Virus record (IMG/VR): IMGVR_UViG_3300037010_003043
Span: 6,132-70,131 of that record
From: a virus
Direction: 5' to 3' (one strand)
DNA length: 64,000 bases
The notes beneath the pieces were generated by a model. That model saw only the letters and a program-made list of their open reading frames with translations, made no database searches and was not told the origin of the DNA. Shown one piece after another: positions 28,929 to 39,617 of the stretch (positions within the stretch are counted from its first letter, which is position 1; each line of letters opens with the position of its first letter). A program made the translations under genes and the position numbers.

Positions 28929-31184
28929 TTATTTTAAAATATCTATTTCAAATACGTTATTAATTGCATCTATACAAATTATTTCAAAAATAGGACTATT
29001 TGAAAAATTTGCTGATGATATTTTTGCTATATTAGTATAAGTATTGTTTAAAAATTTAGTATTAATTATAAACGATTTGTTGTTTGTTTTCAAATCAAAT
29101 ATACCATTAAATACAATTCTAACAACTTGTCCATTAACCCAAGTATTATCAGAATCTTTTATATTTAAAACTATATTTTTTTCTAAAATCCAATTTGATG
29201 TTTTAAGTTTAATATAATTATTAGCCATTAATAAATTATATGTGTAAGTATAATTATTTGTATCTCCAGTTAAACTAGTTAATTTATTTTTTTCATTTGA
29301 ATTTTTATCATAAACAATAGATTGATCTGAAATATTATATGTATTTTTTAAATTTAAAATAAAAGTGCCATTACCCGCTATTCTATTAACGTAAATTCCT
29401 ACATCACTTCTAAATAAATTTTCTGATACTTTTACTGCAGATAAATTACCATTTTTAATATCATTCATAAATGAATTATTATCGGTAATTAATTTATTGA
29501 TGTCATCTAATTTAAGTATATTTAAATCTGTTTGAAATTTTTCTAACAAATCAATTCTTGATTTTAAATTTTCGATAATATTTGAATTTTTGTAAAATTC
29601 ACTTGATTTTAATTCATTTAACAATGTTGTAGAGCTATTTATTTTACCTAAATTTTCTATTAAATAACTTGACATTTTTCTTGTAGTACTTAAAGCATCT
29701 AAGAACATGTCCATTGAAATTGTATTACCATTTGAAATTTCTGTAATTTTATTAACATACGCATCTATAGGTGATGCATCAATTTTAAATTTAATCCGTC
29801 CATTAAATGCATTTCCACTATTTTGAGTAACTTTATTTGGTACACATTTTTGAATACTTGAAATTATCGCAGATCCTAAAGGGACATAAACATGACTACT
29901 TTCTTCTTCAGAAGTTACATTTACATTATCTAAAAAATAAATACCAAATAAATTTGTAGCTAAAACATTTCCATTTATAGTTGTACTGTTATTATTTGAA
30001 TCAGAAGAACTTGTATTTGTAGTTTGTTGTCCATTATCAATCAAATCATAATATATTAATACTGCATTAAATTCAAAATCTTTTGTTTCGGGTGAAGTTG
30101 CTATATCAGTAAAATTAGAATAATTACGTCCAGTATAATCTTTCAAATAATTATTAATATCAAAATTAATATTTATTCCATCTAATGTTGATCTAGTAAA
30201 TATAGTCCAGCCATTAAAAGTACCATTTTCGTTAATTTCTATATTATGTGGAGTTAAAGCGTAAATTTCGTTGTTTGCATGAAAGTATTTATCTTTCTGT
30301 TCTGTTTCATAAGAATAAGAAACACTTTCGCTTGTCCACCAACCAGGTTCAAATGAAGTTTCATTAAAAGAATTTAAACTTGAATTGTACTTATATTTTT
30401 TTACATCACTATAATCATCTTCTATATAATCATAAAAAGCTTTATTACTAAAACCATCTATTGGGTGAATGTCATTAGAAGTTTTACCTAATATATAATA
30501 TTTATCACTTGAAGTATCATTTCTAGTTAAAACCATACCAGGTTTATAATTTTCATCTTGTTGTGATGTAAAATAAATATTTTTAAATTGTCCCGCGTCA
30601 GCTGGAATTCTATAATAAACTTCAAAATAAGAATTTTCAGTACCGAAATAATTATTTGATACATCAAGTTCACCAATATATTTTACAATCCTTTCATATT
30701 TTTTAACCAAATCATCTTCTTCTGTAAATAAATTACTATTAGAATTAGAAATTGATTTAAATCTTATTGCTCCAAGTTCTTTAAGCCATTTCCAAAATGC
30801 ATATTCTGAAACGGTATGAGGATTATTTTGATTATAATTTTCGTTAGATATAATGTTAGTTTCAAAATTTAGCATATAATTTTGTAAACTTTCAGCAAAA
30901 TAAAGATTCATATTTACATTAGAGGTATTTCGCATTTCAATTTCGTTAAACGCACCAGGAATAGCTTTAAGTCTAACCAAATTTTCTTGGTATCTATTAG
31001 GATCATTAGAAAATTCTGGTATTTTAATTAATGCAAATTTTGAAAAAATAAATTTTCTTGTAGAATTATCACTAAAACTTAATCCAAAATCTTCTGAAGC
31101 TGAATTAAATGTATAAAAAGTGCCACCACTTTGAGTTATCGGCCTAATATAAGGTGTAGTTTTTGTAAAATATTTTTCTGCCAT
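28929..31184 (-). CDS. Putative baseplate/virion structural protein
   Basis: 751 aa, in the structural operon, central coiled coil. Confidence 0.5.
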   Translation of the reverse strand: MAEKYFTKTTPYIRPITQSGGTFYTFNSASEDFGLSFSDNSTRKFIFSKFALIKIPEFSNDPNRYQENLVRLKAIPGAFNEIEMRNTSNVNMNLYFAESLQNYMLNFETNIISNENYNQNNPHTVSEYAFWKWLKELGAIRFKSISNSNSNLFTEEDDLVKKYERIVKYIGELDVSNNYFGTENSYFEVYYRIPADAGQFKNIYFTSQQDENYKPGMVLTRNDTSSDKYYILGKTSNDIHPIDGFSNKAFYDYIEDDYSDVKKYKYNSSLNSFNETSFEPGWWTSESVSYSYETEQKDKYFHANNEIYALTPHNIEINENGTFNGWTIFTRSTLDGININFDINNYLKDYTGRNYSNFTDIATSPETKDFEFNAVLIYYDLIDNGQQTTNTSSSDSNNNSTTINGNVLATNLFGIYFLDNVNVTSEEESSHVYVPLGSAIISSIQKCVPNKVTQNSGNAFNGRIKFKIDASPIDAYVNKITEISNGNTISMDMFLDALSTTRKMSSYLIENLGKINSSTTLLNELKSSEFYKNSNIIENLKSRIDLLEKFQTDLNILKLDDINKLITDNNSFMNDIKNGNLSAVKVSENLFRSDVGIYVNRIAGNGTFILNLKNTYNISDQSIVYDKNSNEKNKLTSLTGDTNNYTYTYNLLMANNYIKLKTSNWILEKNIVLNIKDSDNTWVNGQVVRIVFNGIFDLKTNNKSFIINTKFLNNTYTNIAKISSANFSNSPIFEIICIDAINNVFEIDILK

Positions 31185-31206
31185 TATTTTTTACATTTTT
31201 AAAATT

Positions 31207-31983
31207 TTATTCAATCGTTGCACCGTTTAAACTCAGAACAACCCAATTTTTATCATAAGAAATTAATCTTATAGTTTGATAACTCATTGTAAATTTAACT
31301 CCTTTATCTGAAGGCATTTTGTTAGGATATTCTAAAGATGATCCATCAATATAAAAATTATATACTGAGTTTTCAGGTAATTTAACTACAATTTCTAAAA
31401 TTTGTCCATTTATTGAAGGTGATCCCAACATTATAGTGTTAATTATGTTATCATTGTCACTAGGATTATAATCTGTCCAATCGATTAAAAGACTATTTCT
31501 ATTAGGTGTAGGAACAAATCCAACTCCAGAATCCATCATTTGTTGCGTTTGCGAATCTAGTTTTGAATAAAAATCTTTAGAAGAAGTTACAATACCATTA
31601 TTTGTACCAATATCATTTAAATAAAAAGCACCACCAATATTTAAACTACCATTTATATTTAAATTAGTCGTTGAAGAACTCAATATTAAATTTTTTAAAA
31701 CAGTTAAATCTTCACTAATAGTCGCTGTTTTTGCAGTAAAATTTTGTCCAATTGTCAAATTACCTTTAAAAATTCCCGAACTATCACTATTAAAATTTAT
31801 AATACTTAAATCCGAAGATGAAATTGTTATTCCGTTAAGCGTAGGAATTAAACCACCATCTACTTTAAATGTTGAATTTAAAGTATCTAAAAATATTTTT
31901 GTAGTTTGAAAATTTGAATTAATTGTTTCTCTAACAGATTGTAAAGAATCGTATAAATTAATATCTTTAAATGTAATAGCCAT
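31207..31983 (-). CDS. Putative baseplate-attached fibre protein
   Basis: DSL...RETINSNF N-terminal motif (gp9/gp10-like) followed by beta-helix-like repeats. Confidence 0.5.
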   Translation of the reverse strand: MAITFKDINLYDSLQSVRETINSNFQTTKIFLDTLNSTFKVDGGLIPTLNGITISSSDLSIINFNSDSSGIFKGNLTIGQNFTAKTATISEDLTVLKNLILSSSTTNLNINGSLNIGGAFYLNDIGTNNGIVTSSKDFYSKLDSQTQQMMDSGVGFVPTPNRNSLLIDWTDYNPSDNDNIINTIMLGSPSINGQILEIVVKLPENSVYNFYIDGSSLEYPNKMPSDKGVKFTMSYQTIRLISYDKNWVVLSLNGATIE

Positions 31984-32005
31984 TTTTTTATCTTTTTTAT
32001 TTGTT

Positions 32006-35000
32006 TTATATATCGTTAGAAATAATTTCTATAAGATTTTTTTTGACAATAGAAATTATTTGATCATTAATTTTAACTTTCATTATTACTGTATATAATG
32101 AATTTTTTGTAAAGGTCCATATTAAAAAATTTTTCTTTGATTTTGTAAGTAATTTTGAATTATTTTCATCCCAAATTTCCCACTCAAATTCTGTATCATT
32201 ATCAAAATCCATAGACTCTTCAAATGTAAAAAACAAAGTATGACCTGGGTTTAATTTTAATCTATTTTTTGTAATAATAGAATTTTTAGATAAAAACCCA
32301 TTAATTCTTGAGTTATATTTATTTTGAGAAATGTCATATAAATCGTTCCAATTTGGTGGATTGTTGTAACCATCAAAATAAATTTGCTGCCATCTATCAA
32401 TAAATCCATTAGGTAAATTATTTATAGAAACAGTACAACCTTTAATACCTTGTATATCATATATTTCAGATTTTGAATTAATTTTTGCTTTTGCTTTTAT
32501 TTTATTTTCAATTAAATAAAATTCAAAATTTCTAAAATTTGATTGTTTAGAATTTTTAAGAATTTCAAGTGCTTTATTAATTCTAAAGGTTGGGTTTATA
32601 TTAATTAAATCGAAATATTCAATTTGATCCCCTATCTGTAAGCCTGATTGTAATCCTACATCTATTATAGTAAACCCAAAATTAGGAAAATCTTTTAAAT
32701 TAAATTGACTTAAATCAAAATCTACAATATCTTGAAATTTTACATTTTTAAGTTTATTCCAATTGATATTTGAATTATTATAAATATTAGCATAATTATA
32801 AGAAAAATCTTCTATCCATTTTGCATCATAAAAAGGAGTTAATTTACAAATATCGTCATCTAATTTTATGACTGAATTATTATTTATAGAATCTACAGAT
32901 TTAATGTTATAAACTAATTCACCATAAGTAGGTTCAGGTAAAATATACCAATCAACTTCTTTATTTTTAGCATATATTTTTAATATATTAACACTATCTA
33001 TATTTATTATAGTTGAATTGTCAGCATAAGTAAAATCTTTAACATATAATAAAATTGGATTCCGTTGAATTTCTAATTTTTCAAATTTATTAAAACTTGT
33101 AGAAGTTACATTATCGTTGATATAATTAAGTGAACTATCATTTTTTATTTCTAAATAAATATAACCACCAGTTAAATCATAATTTATACTTTGAATTTTA
33201 TATGTATAATATTTATCTTTATACTTTAAATCTACAAAATCGTTTTGTTGAAAAAATGTATAATATTTTGATCTAACTATTATAACATCATCTTTAATAA
33301 AAAAATTAGAACTATCAAATTGTAAAATTTGAGTTAATAAAAATCTTGAATTTTTTTCAATAGGTATTTTTTCATTTATAACTAATTGTTGATTAGTAAA
33401 AGATTCCAATTTATAAAAATTATTATCTAAATAAGATTTTTCAAATACTAAAGTATTTTCGACATACTGATCTTTATATTGATTGTAATTATTATAAAAA
33501 TCATTGTCTTGTAATGTTACTATATTATTTTGTCTATCTATATCAATAATTTTAGAATATTTAACATAATCTTTTAACGCATTTTGATTTAAATAATAAG
33601 AATAATTAAGTTTATTCCAAATTAAATTAGTTTTAAATATATCAAATTCTTGATTTTCTTTTATTAAAGAATAATTATTTAAATTCCCTTCAACATCATT
33701 AAATAATATATTAGAATTGACAGAGTCGAATGAATTATATTTTTTATATTGCTTACTACCTAAAGCGTAAAAATCATAAACACGATTCTTTACTTCAAAA
33801 CATTTTCTTTTTCTTTTTATTCTACGAGTATTTGTTAAATCTACGACTTCACACATAATATCATATTTGCCTATTTTAGGGACGAAGATGACATAGTCTT
33901 TTAATTTCGATATATTACCTTCAATTGTAAATTTAAAGTTACTAGGATCATCAGAATTAACTATAGTCCACCTTAAACCATACCCATTATAGTCCAACAT
34001 TCCACCTAAAGAAAAAACTTTACTACCATCATTGTTTGAAAAATTATCAATATATTTAATAAAATCAAAATTAAATCTTAAATCAGCCCATACCAAATCT
34101 CTTGGAAGCAACTTTAAATTAATAGCAGATCCTTTTATATTATTTAAATCAATTAAATTATAAATATTTTTATCAGAATATTCTTTAGTAAACTTTAAAA
34201 TTTGATCTAAAAAAGCTTGTTTTAATTGTTGTTCTGTTGGGTATGATTTTAAAATTTTATAAATTGGTACTAAATTCGAGTCACCAAATATTTGAACAGT
34301 TGTTAAATTTAAATCTTCTACAAAATTCCAATAACAATCTTTATTAGCATATATTTTATTACAATATTGATTACCATTTTTATAAGATGTAGATTCATAA
34401 AAATAACCTGTTAATTCATCAATATAATAAGAATTACCGTCAGGATACGATGCATTGCAACAAGGTTCACCTTCTCCAAAAAATAATTTATATTCACCTC
34501 TAATTTCTTTATTATTTGATATAGATAAAACTTCGTTTCTTAAAAAATTTAAATTAATATCTTTTAAATTATTTAATTTATTTGTAATTGAAACTTCTTC
34601 AAATTGATGAAATAATCTTTTATAAATAAAAATTAATTTTTTTAAATCTGACAAATAACTATATTCAGGACTACATTCAAAATTTACAGAAGTATCTGGT
34701 TCTAAATTTATCATTTTATCAAAATCATCCCAAGTTAATACTTTATATTTTATAAAGTATACACCTTCTGCTGCAATATCAATTATTTTTACATGATGAG
34801 GTAAAAAATATTTTTCTAAAATTTTCTTTAAACCATATAACTTAATCATGAATTCATCAATAGAATATTCATAATTATCTTCCATTATCGGGTAACCAAA
34901 TTCGTCCCACTGACCAGTAAATTTATTTATAGAATAAGACAAACCAAGTCTTGAAGTTTTTATAAAATTAGGATTTTCTATTAAATCTCCATATACCCAA

Positions 35001-36400
35001 GTTTGCCAATCTACTGTATTTCTTATATTTTTTGGTACTTCAATCTCTTTTGGAATATCGACATATTGAAAACGCGCTTTATTATTAGCTAAATCAGAAA
35101 GTTTTATATTATAAAAATATTCTTTTATATTTAAATCTTGATAACCTAACCATTTTAATGCATTTCTAAAAGCTTTATAACTGCCTAAATAAGGAAAAAT
35201 TTCATCACCTACTAAAAGAAGCTCTTTATATTTATTGTTAATAAATATATTATCTTCAAAATCATCATCTATATCACTTTCTTTAAATATATAAAAATCC
35301 GCTTTTTCTATTTTTCGTCCAAAATTTTCTAATATTTTTGGAAGTCTTTCATCTTCACCAACAGTTTCACCATATAAATTAATTTCAGCAATTTTATAAG
35401 TATTTTCAATATAACTATTTAAATCATCTGGATCTCTATAATTTCTTTTAACAAAAAATAATTCTAAAGTTCTATTAAATGATCCTTCAACATCTGAAGT
35501 TATTGCAAAATTTAATTTAATAGGGTCATGATTTATATCGTTTTCAACTAAAATACGTCTTAATTTATAATTTGGTAAATTTTGAATTATTTGTGGAGTA
35601 AAACTTCCATCCTCGTTTTCGGTATAATATATTTCAAAAGTTGGATCTTCAAAAGCATCACTTATACCATTATCGAATCCATATTTTTCTATAAAAAAAT
35701 TTCTATCTAATACACCATTAGTTATATCTAAATCAGAATTTTTATATTTAATTATATTAGGGTAAGTTTTACCTTTATCTTCGCAAATTGCTTTTTCATT
35801 TCTATAATAAACTGTTTTATCTAAATTTGATATTTCAAAATTAAAAATATTATCTTCATATTTATTATTTACCCATTTAAAATAAAAAAACGATTGATCT
35901 AATTTTGTTTCGAAATTTGATCTTGGTCTAACGAGTTCGGGTATATAACCAAAATTTTTATTTTTTAAATCTAAAACATTTTTTTTATAACTTTCTAAAT
36001 AATTATAACCATCTTGTGTTAAAGAAACATACCAATTACCTGCTTCCCAAAATCTTTCTATATAATTAGGTCTATATGCAACAAATTCTTCTACTGCATC
36101 CGTACCAAGTGTTTGCCAATCAAAAAAATTCAATAATTCTGTTTCATTAACTTTATCTTTATCACTTAAAAAATTCATTATCTTTATTTCTAAAGGTTCA
36201 AATTCACTCATTTTTGAATATAAATCAACTGATCTACCTACATTTTTAAGAATCTCTTCAAATATATAAAGAGTTTCAGTTTCAAAAAGATTAGTAGATA
36301 CCTTTTTAAAATAAAGACTTAATTTAAAAATTCCATCTTCTAATTCTGGAGTAATTTCACTACCTTGTTTATTAAAAAATCTTAAATGTTCTAATGCCAT
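32006..36400 (-). CDS. Large baseplate wedge protein (gp7-like) with PKD-like domains
   Basis: 1464 aa downstream of the gp6-like gene; YLGSYKAF..ALKWLGY; G.YDI..EV.D and FEWEI..WTF....YTV Ig-like segments. Confidence 0.55.
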   Translation of the reverse strand: MALEHLRFFNKQGSEITPELEDGIFKLSLYFKKVSTNLFETETLYIFEEILKNVGRSVDLYSKMSEFEPLEIKIMNFLSDKDKVNETELLNFFDWQTLGTDAVEEFVAYRPNYIERFWEAGNWYVSLTQDGYNYLESYKKNVLDLKNKNFGYIPELVRPRSNFETKLDQSFFYFKWVNNKYEDNIFNFEISNLDKTVYYRNEKAICEDKGKTYPNIIKYKNSDLDITNGVLDRNFFIEKYGFDNGISDAFEDPTFEIYYTENEDGSFTPQIIQNLPNYKLRRILVENDINHDPIKLNFAITSDVEGSFNRTLELFFVKRNYRDPDDLNSYIENTYKIAEINLYGETVGEDERLPKILENFGRKIEKADFYIFKESDIDDDFEDNIFINNKYKELLLVGDEIFPYLGSYKAFRNALKWLGYQDLNIKEYFYNIKLSDLANNKARFQYVDIPKEIEVPKNIRNTVDWQTWVYGDLIENPNFIKTSRLGLSYSINKFTGQWDEFGYPIMEDNYEYSIDEFMIKLYGLKKILEKYFLPHHVKIIDIAAEGVYFIKYKVLTWDDFDKMINLEPDTSVNFECSPEYSYLSDLKKLIFIYKRLFHQFEEVSITNKLNNLKDINLNFLRNEVLSISNNKEIRGEYKLFFGEGEPCCNASYPDGNSYYIDELTGYFYESTSYKNGNQYCNKIYANKDCYWNFVEDLNLTTVQIFGDSNLVPIYKILKSYPTEQQLKQAFLDQILKFTKEYSDKNIYNLIDLNNIKGSAINLKLLPRDLVWADLRFNFDFIKYIDNFSNNDGSKVFSLGGMLDYNGYGLRWTIVNSDDPSNFKFTIEGNISKLKDYVIFVPKIGKYDIMCEVVDLTNTRRIKRKRKCFEVKNRVYDFYALGSKQYKKYNSFDSVNSNILFNDVEGNLNNYSLIKENQEFDIFKTNLIWNKLNYSYYLNQNALKDYVKYSKIIDIDRQNNIVTLQDNDFYNNYNQYKDQYVENTLVFEKSYLDNNFYKLESFTNQQLVINEKIPIEKNSRFLLTQILQFDSSNFFIKDDVIIVRSKYYTFFQQNDFVDLKYKDKYYTYKIQSINYDLTGGYIYLEIKNDSSLNYINDNVTSTSFNKFEKLEIQRNPILLYVKDFTYADNSTIINIDSVNILKIYAKNKEVDWYILPEPTYGELVYNIKSVDSINNNSVIKLDDDICKLTPFYDAKWIEDFSYNYANIYNNSNINWNKLKNVKFQDIVDFDLSQFNLKDFPNFGFTIIDVGLQSGLQIGDQIEYFDLININPTFRINKALEILKNSKQSNFRNFEFYLIENKIKAKAKINSKSEIYDIQGIKGCTVSINNLPNGFIDRWQQIYFDGYNNPPNWNDLYDISQNKYNSRINGFLSKNSIITKNRLKLNPGHTLFFTFEESMDFDNDTEFEWEIWDENNSKLLTKSKKNFLIWTFTKNSLYTVIMKVKINDQIISIVKKNLIEIISNDI

Positions 36401-36406
36401 TAATTT

Positions 36407-36646
36407 TTAATTGAATTTATTGAAATTTTTATCAAAAGTATAATTATAACTTTTTTTAATATTTTTTACATATTCTATCATAAAATAAACTAACCGTTCT
36501 ATTTGATCTAAAATTGAAGCTCTTTTTTCTTCTAAATACATAGCACTTGATAATGTATTTCTAAAAATTTTACCTTTATAATTGAAACCTAAATTTTTTC
36601 TATTATCGTTTCTTGAAAATAAATGATCTTCAAATTTTTTATTCAT
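36407..36646 (-). CDS. Hypothetical baseplate-region protein
   Basis: 79 aa, tightly packed between wedge genes. Confidence 0.55.
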   Translation of the reverse strand: MNKKFEDHLFSRNDNRKNLGFNYKGKIFRNTLSSAMYLEEKRASILDQIERLVYFMIEYVKNIKKSYNYTFDKNFNKFN

Positions 36647-36648
36647 TT

Positions 36649-38490
36649 TTATAAACTTTTATTATAACTATAACGTATTTCAGAATCAGAATTTTGTCTT
36701 GAACTTTCTTTTGTAAAAATAACATTAACTGCACAACTCTGATTTTTACTTAAACCAGAAAGATATGTAGTACCAACTCTGTCTTTCCAACCACCTCTAA
36801 ACAATGGTATTGTTCCATTTTGAATAACAATATCACCATTTATATCTATATAATCAGCTGCAAATTGTCTTATTTCTAATTGAGAAAATATAATTCTAAG
36901 TTTTGTATCTGTATTTAAATCATTGTATTTTTTAAATTCAGTTGTAATATTATTAATAACAGACGGATTACCATTTTTAAACAATTCGGGTATGTCATCA
37001 AGATTTTCATTTGTTGTATTAAGTGTCAATAAAGCAGACATAACTTTTTCAATATCTTCTGAAATAAAAAATAACGAAACAGAATCAAGACCATCAATAC
37101 CTTCTAAAGATGCTATAATATCTGATTTTGGTAGAATATCATTTCTTTTAAATGATGAAAAATATGAACTTAATCTTTCAATAATTGAATTATAAACATT
37201 GTCTTTATTATAACCCTCCCAAGTTTTTACATATAAATATAATACATATTTTTTAAAAATAGGATCAACAAATTTTAAAATAGAATTTATTATTTTTTTA
37301 CCAGATTGTTCGACTAAATTATAAATTTTAATTTTTTCTAAATCAGTTAATTTAAAATACTCCTCAGGTATTGTAAAATAATTTTCACCTTTTCTATATC
37401 TTTTTGAAATATCCGGTATTAATAAACAATATACTATATTGTCTAACCAAGGCCTAACATAATCAAATTTTGTAAAAATATCTATATATGAAAATAATTG
37501 AAATTTTTCAAAAAACGAAAAATAATGAGATGTATTTGCTAAAACAAAAGATCTTGATGTATTAGGAGCGATTAATTTTGTTAAAAATAAAGGTTCTGGG
37601 TTACTTGCAAAATTAACAGGAGTTGCTAAATAAATATTAAAAATTTCATTTAAATCAATTTCTGTTCCTTGTGAATCATAACCGGAATCTAAAAATTCAA
37701 ACGATGCACTATCATTATTTACGATATTACCATCTTCACCATTATTAAGTAAATATTCAACTTTTATTTCAGCTCCAGGAGATGGTGCTAATCCAAAATT
37801 ATTATTACCAAAATATAAATCCAAACCACCATTTATACCAGTTCTAACAATACAAGCTTTTTCATTATAAGTTAAATCTAAAAAAGAATCTTTAATACCC
37901 CACTTTTCACCATTTACATAGACAGAAATCATAAATTGATCTACATATAATCCAAGTTTTGTAAAAATATTAAAACTTTGATATAAATTTCCATTTGATG
38001 TAAATGTTTGTGATTCAGCGTAACCTTGATAAATTTTAAACATTCTTTTTTCACCAGGTTGAAAAAGATTTAATTTAAGTTCTTCTTCTGAAAAAACGGC
38101 GGTATACATTAAACCCGTATCATTATTTTTCAAACGAGATAAATTTTTAATTGTTATTGTAGGTCCTGACATATCAGGAATTATACCATTATGCGAAATC
38201 ATTAAAGATCCAGAAGCTGAAATTGCACGCGTAGGGTTATGTCCTGCTAAAACTGCTAAACCTCTAATCGAATTTGGTCTAGAAGCTGTTGTCATAAACA
38301 TTTCAGTAATAGAATCTTCTATATAGTAAAATATTTTTTGAGACAAATTTATTAAAGTTACCATTATTTGTCCCCAAGGACTTGCCGCAGTAAACATATT
38401 TCGAGTGTTTTTATAAACACTTTGTATAAAATCTGTTACTTCAGTACTTAATTCATCGAACTTAATTTTTGAAAGTTTAAAATAGTTCAT
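36649..38490 (-). CDS. gp6: Baseplate wedge protein gp6-like
   Basis: TASRPNSIRGLA..GHNP.RAISA, LYFGNNNFG..P..GAEI.VEYL..NGEDGN; follows gp25. Confidence 0.8.
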   Translation of the reverse strand: MNYFKLSKIKFDELSTEVTDFIQSVYKNTRNMFTAASPWGQIMVTLINLSQKIFYYIEDSITEMFMTTASRPNSIRGLAVLAGHNPTRAISASGSLMISHNGIIPDMSGPTITIKNLSRLKNNDTGLMYTAVFSEEELKLNLFQPGEKRMFKIYQGYAESQTFTSNGNLYQSFNIFTKLGLYVDQFMISVYVNGEKWGIKDSFLDLTYNEKACIVRTGINGGLDLYFGNNNFGLAPSPGAEIKVEYLLNNGEDGNIVNNDSASFEFLDSGYDSQGTEIDLNEIFNIYLATPVNFASNPEPLFLTKLIAPNTSRSFVLANTSHYFSFFEKFQLFSYIDIFTKFDYVRPWLDNIVYCLLIPDISKRYRKGENYFTIPEEYFKLTDLEKIKIYNLVEQSGKKIINSILKFVDPIFKKYVLYLYVKTWEGYNKDNVYNSIIERLSSYFSSFKRNDILPKSDIIASLEGIDGLDSVSLFFISEDIEKVMSALLTLNTTNENLDDIPELFKNGNPSVINNITTEFKKYNDLNTDTKLRIIFSQLEIRQFAADYIDINGDIVIQNGTIPLFRGGWKDRVGTTYLSGLSKNQSCAVNVIFTKESSRQNSDSEIRYSYNKSL

Positions 38491-38492
38491 GT

Positions 38493-38855
38493 TTACACTT
38501 CAATATCTAATATTTTTACATCATCAATTTTAATATTTAAAACAAGCATATTATGATAACCTTCACTTTTAATACCTACATCATAATCTATTTTAAATTC
38601 AGATGATTCAGGCACAAATTTCGCTAATTGTGTATAAAAATCATCCCTTATTTGTAGTTCATTATATTTTGTTTCAAATAAATAATCATCTAAATTCATT
38701 CCTAACTCAGGTTGTCCAAGAACTTCACCTTTACGAGTATAAAGAATCATTTTAATTTTAGTAATTAAATTTTCTAATTTTGAATCTGATTCTAAAACAT
38801 TTTTTCTATATTTTGGATCAGTAGAATCTCTAAAATAAATTTCATTGTATGACAT
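38493..38855 (-). CDS. gp25: Baseplate wedge/sheath initiator gp25-like
   Basis: IKMIL.T.KGEVLG.P.LG..L..YLFE; likely start MSYNEI at 38855. Confidence 0.8.
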   Translation of the reverse strand: MSYNEIYFRDSTDPKYRKNVLESDSKLENLITKIKMILYTRKGEVLGQPELGMNLDDYLFETKYNELQIRDDFYTQLAKFVPESSEFKIDYDVGIKSEGYHNMLVLNIKIDDVKILDIEV

Positions 38856-38869
38856 TTTGCATTTATTTT

Positions 38870-39601
38870 TTAATGGTACATAAAGAACCAATCTGCAACA
38901 TTTTCTTCGTCAATTTTTTGTAAAACCCATTCAACTTCTGTTTGACCATCTGATTTTAAATCAGCAAAATTAACTTGAACATTACCAGGTAATGGAAAAG
39001 GGTACATACCTAAAATATTTGCCAACGAAATTTTTGATTTACCAATAATAAATCTTAAAAAATAATAATCATCGTATAATTTATCGATAGCAATTTTTGA
39101 ATAACCTTCAATATAAACATCAAATTTAGGATCTCTTCCCAATATTCTTAATTTGTGCGTATTCCTATTATAATTATAAGCAATTTGTTCTAAGAAAAAA
39201 GCTTTCGCTAAATCAAAATATTGATATTGTGCAGTTCTCATAACTAAATCATCACCATGAAAACTTGAAAGAAATATTTCTGATGCTATTAATCTGTCTT
39301 CAGCAAAATCACGATCTATATTACCTAATCTACCAACACCATTAATTTCCTTCACATTATAAACTGAAACTATACATTCTGGTAATAATAAAGTTCTTGT
39401 TTTTTTAAATTGAGGATTGTTAAAATCCTTTTTTTCTATAACATAATGCTGAGGTTCGGCAGCAGCACTATAATTTTCAAAAAACCATCTTGAAGATTGT
39501 AAAATTATTCTTTTTATTTCTTTTTCTTCAAGAACTATTGGTAATGAACCAGAACCTGAAAGTTCATTTTGCACTTCTTGAATAAAAGTAGATTCAGTCA
39601 T
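38870..39601 (-). CDS. gp13: Neck protein gp13-like
   Basis: Y.YNRNTHKL.I, K...ANILG....LPGNV.VN...L..DG..E. Confidence 0.7.
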   Translation of the reverse strand: MTESTFIQEVQNELSGSGSLPIVLEEKEIKRIILQSSRWFFENYSAAAEPQHYVIEKKDFNNPQFKKTRTLLLPECIVSVYNVKEINGVGRLGNIDRDFAEDRLIASEIFLSSFHGDDLVMRTAQYQYFDLAKAFFLEQIAYNYNRNTHKLRILGRDPKFDVYIEGYSKIAIDKLYDDYYFLRFIIGKSKISLANILGMYPFPLPGNVQVNFADLKSDGQTEVEWVLQKIDEENVADWFFMYH

Positions 39602-39617
39602 TTAAGTACTTATTTTT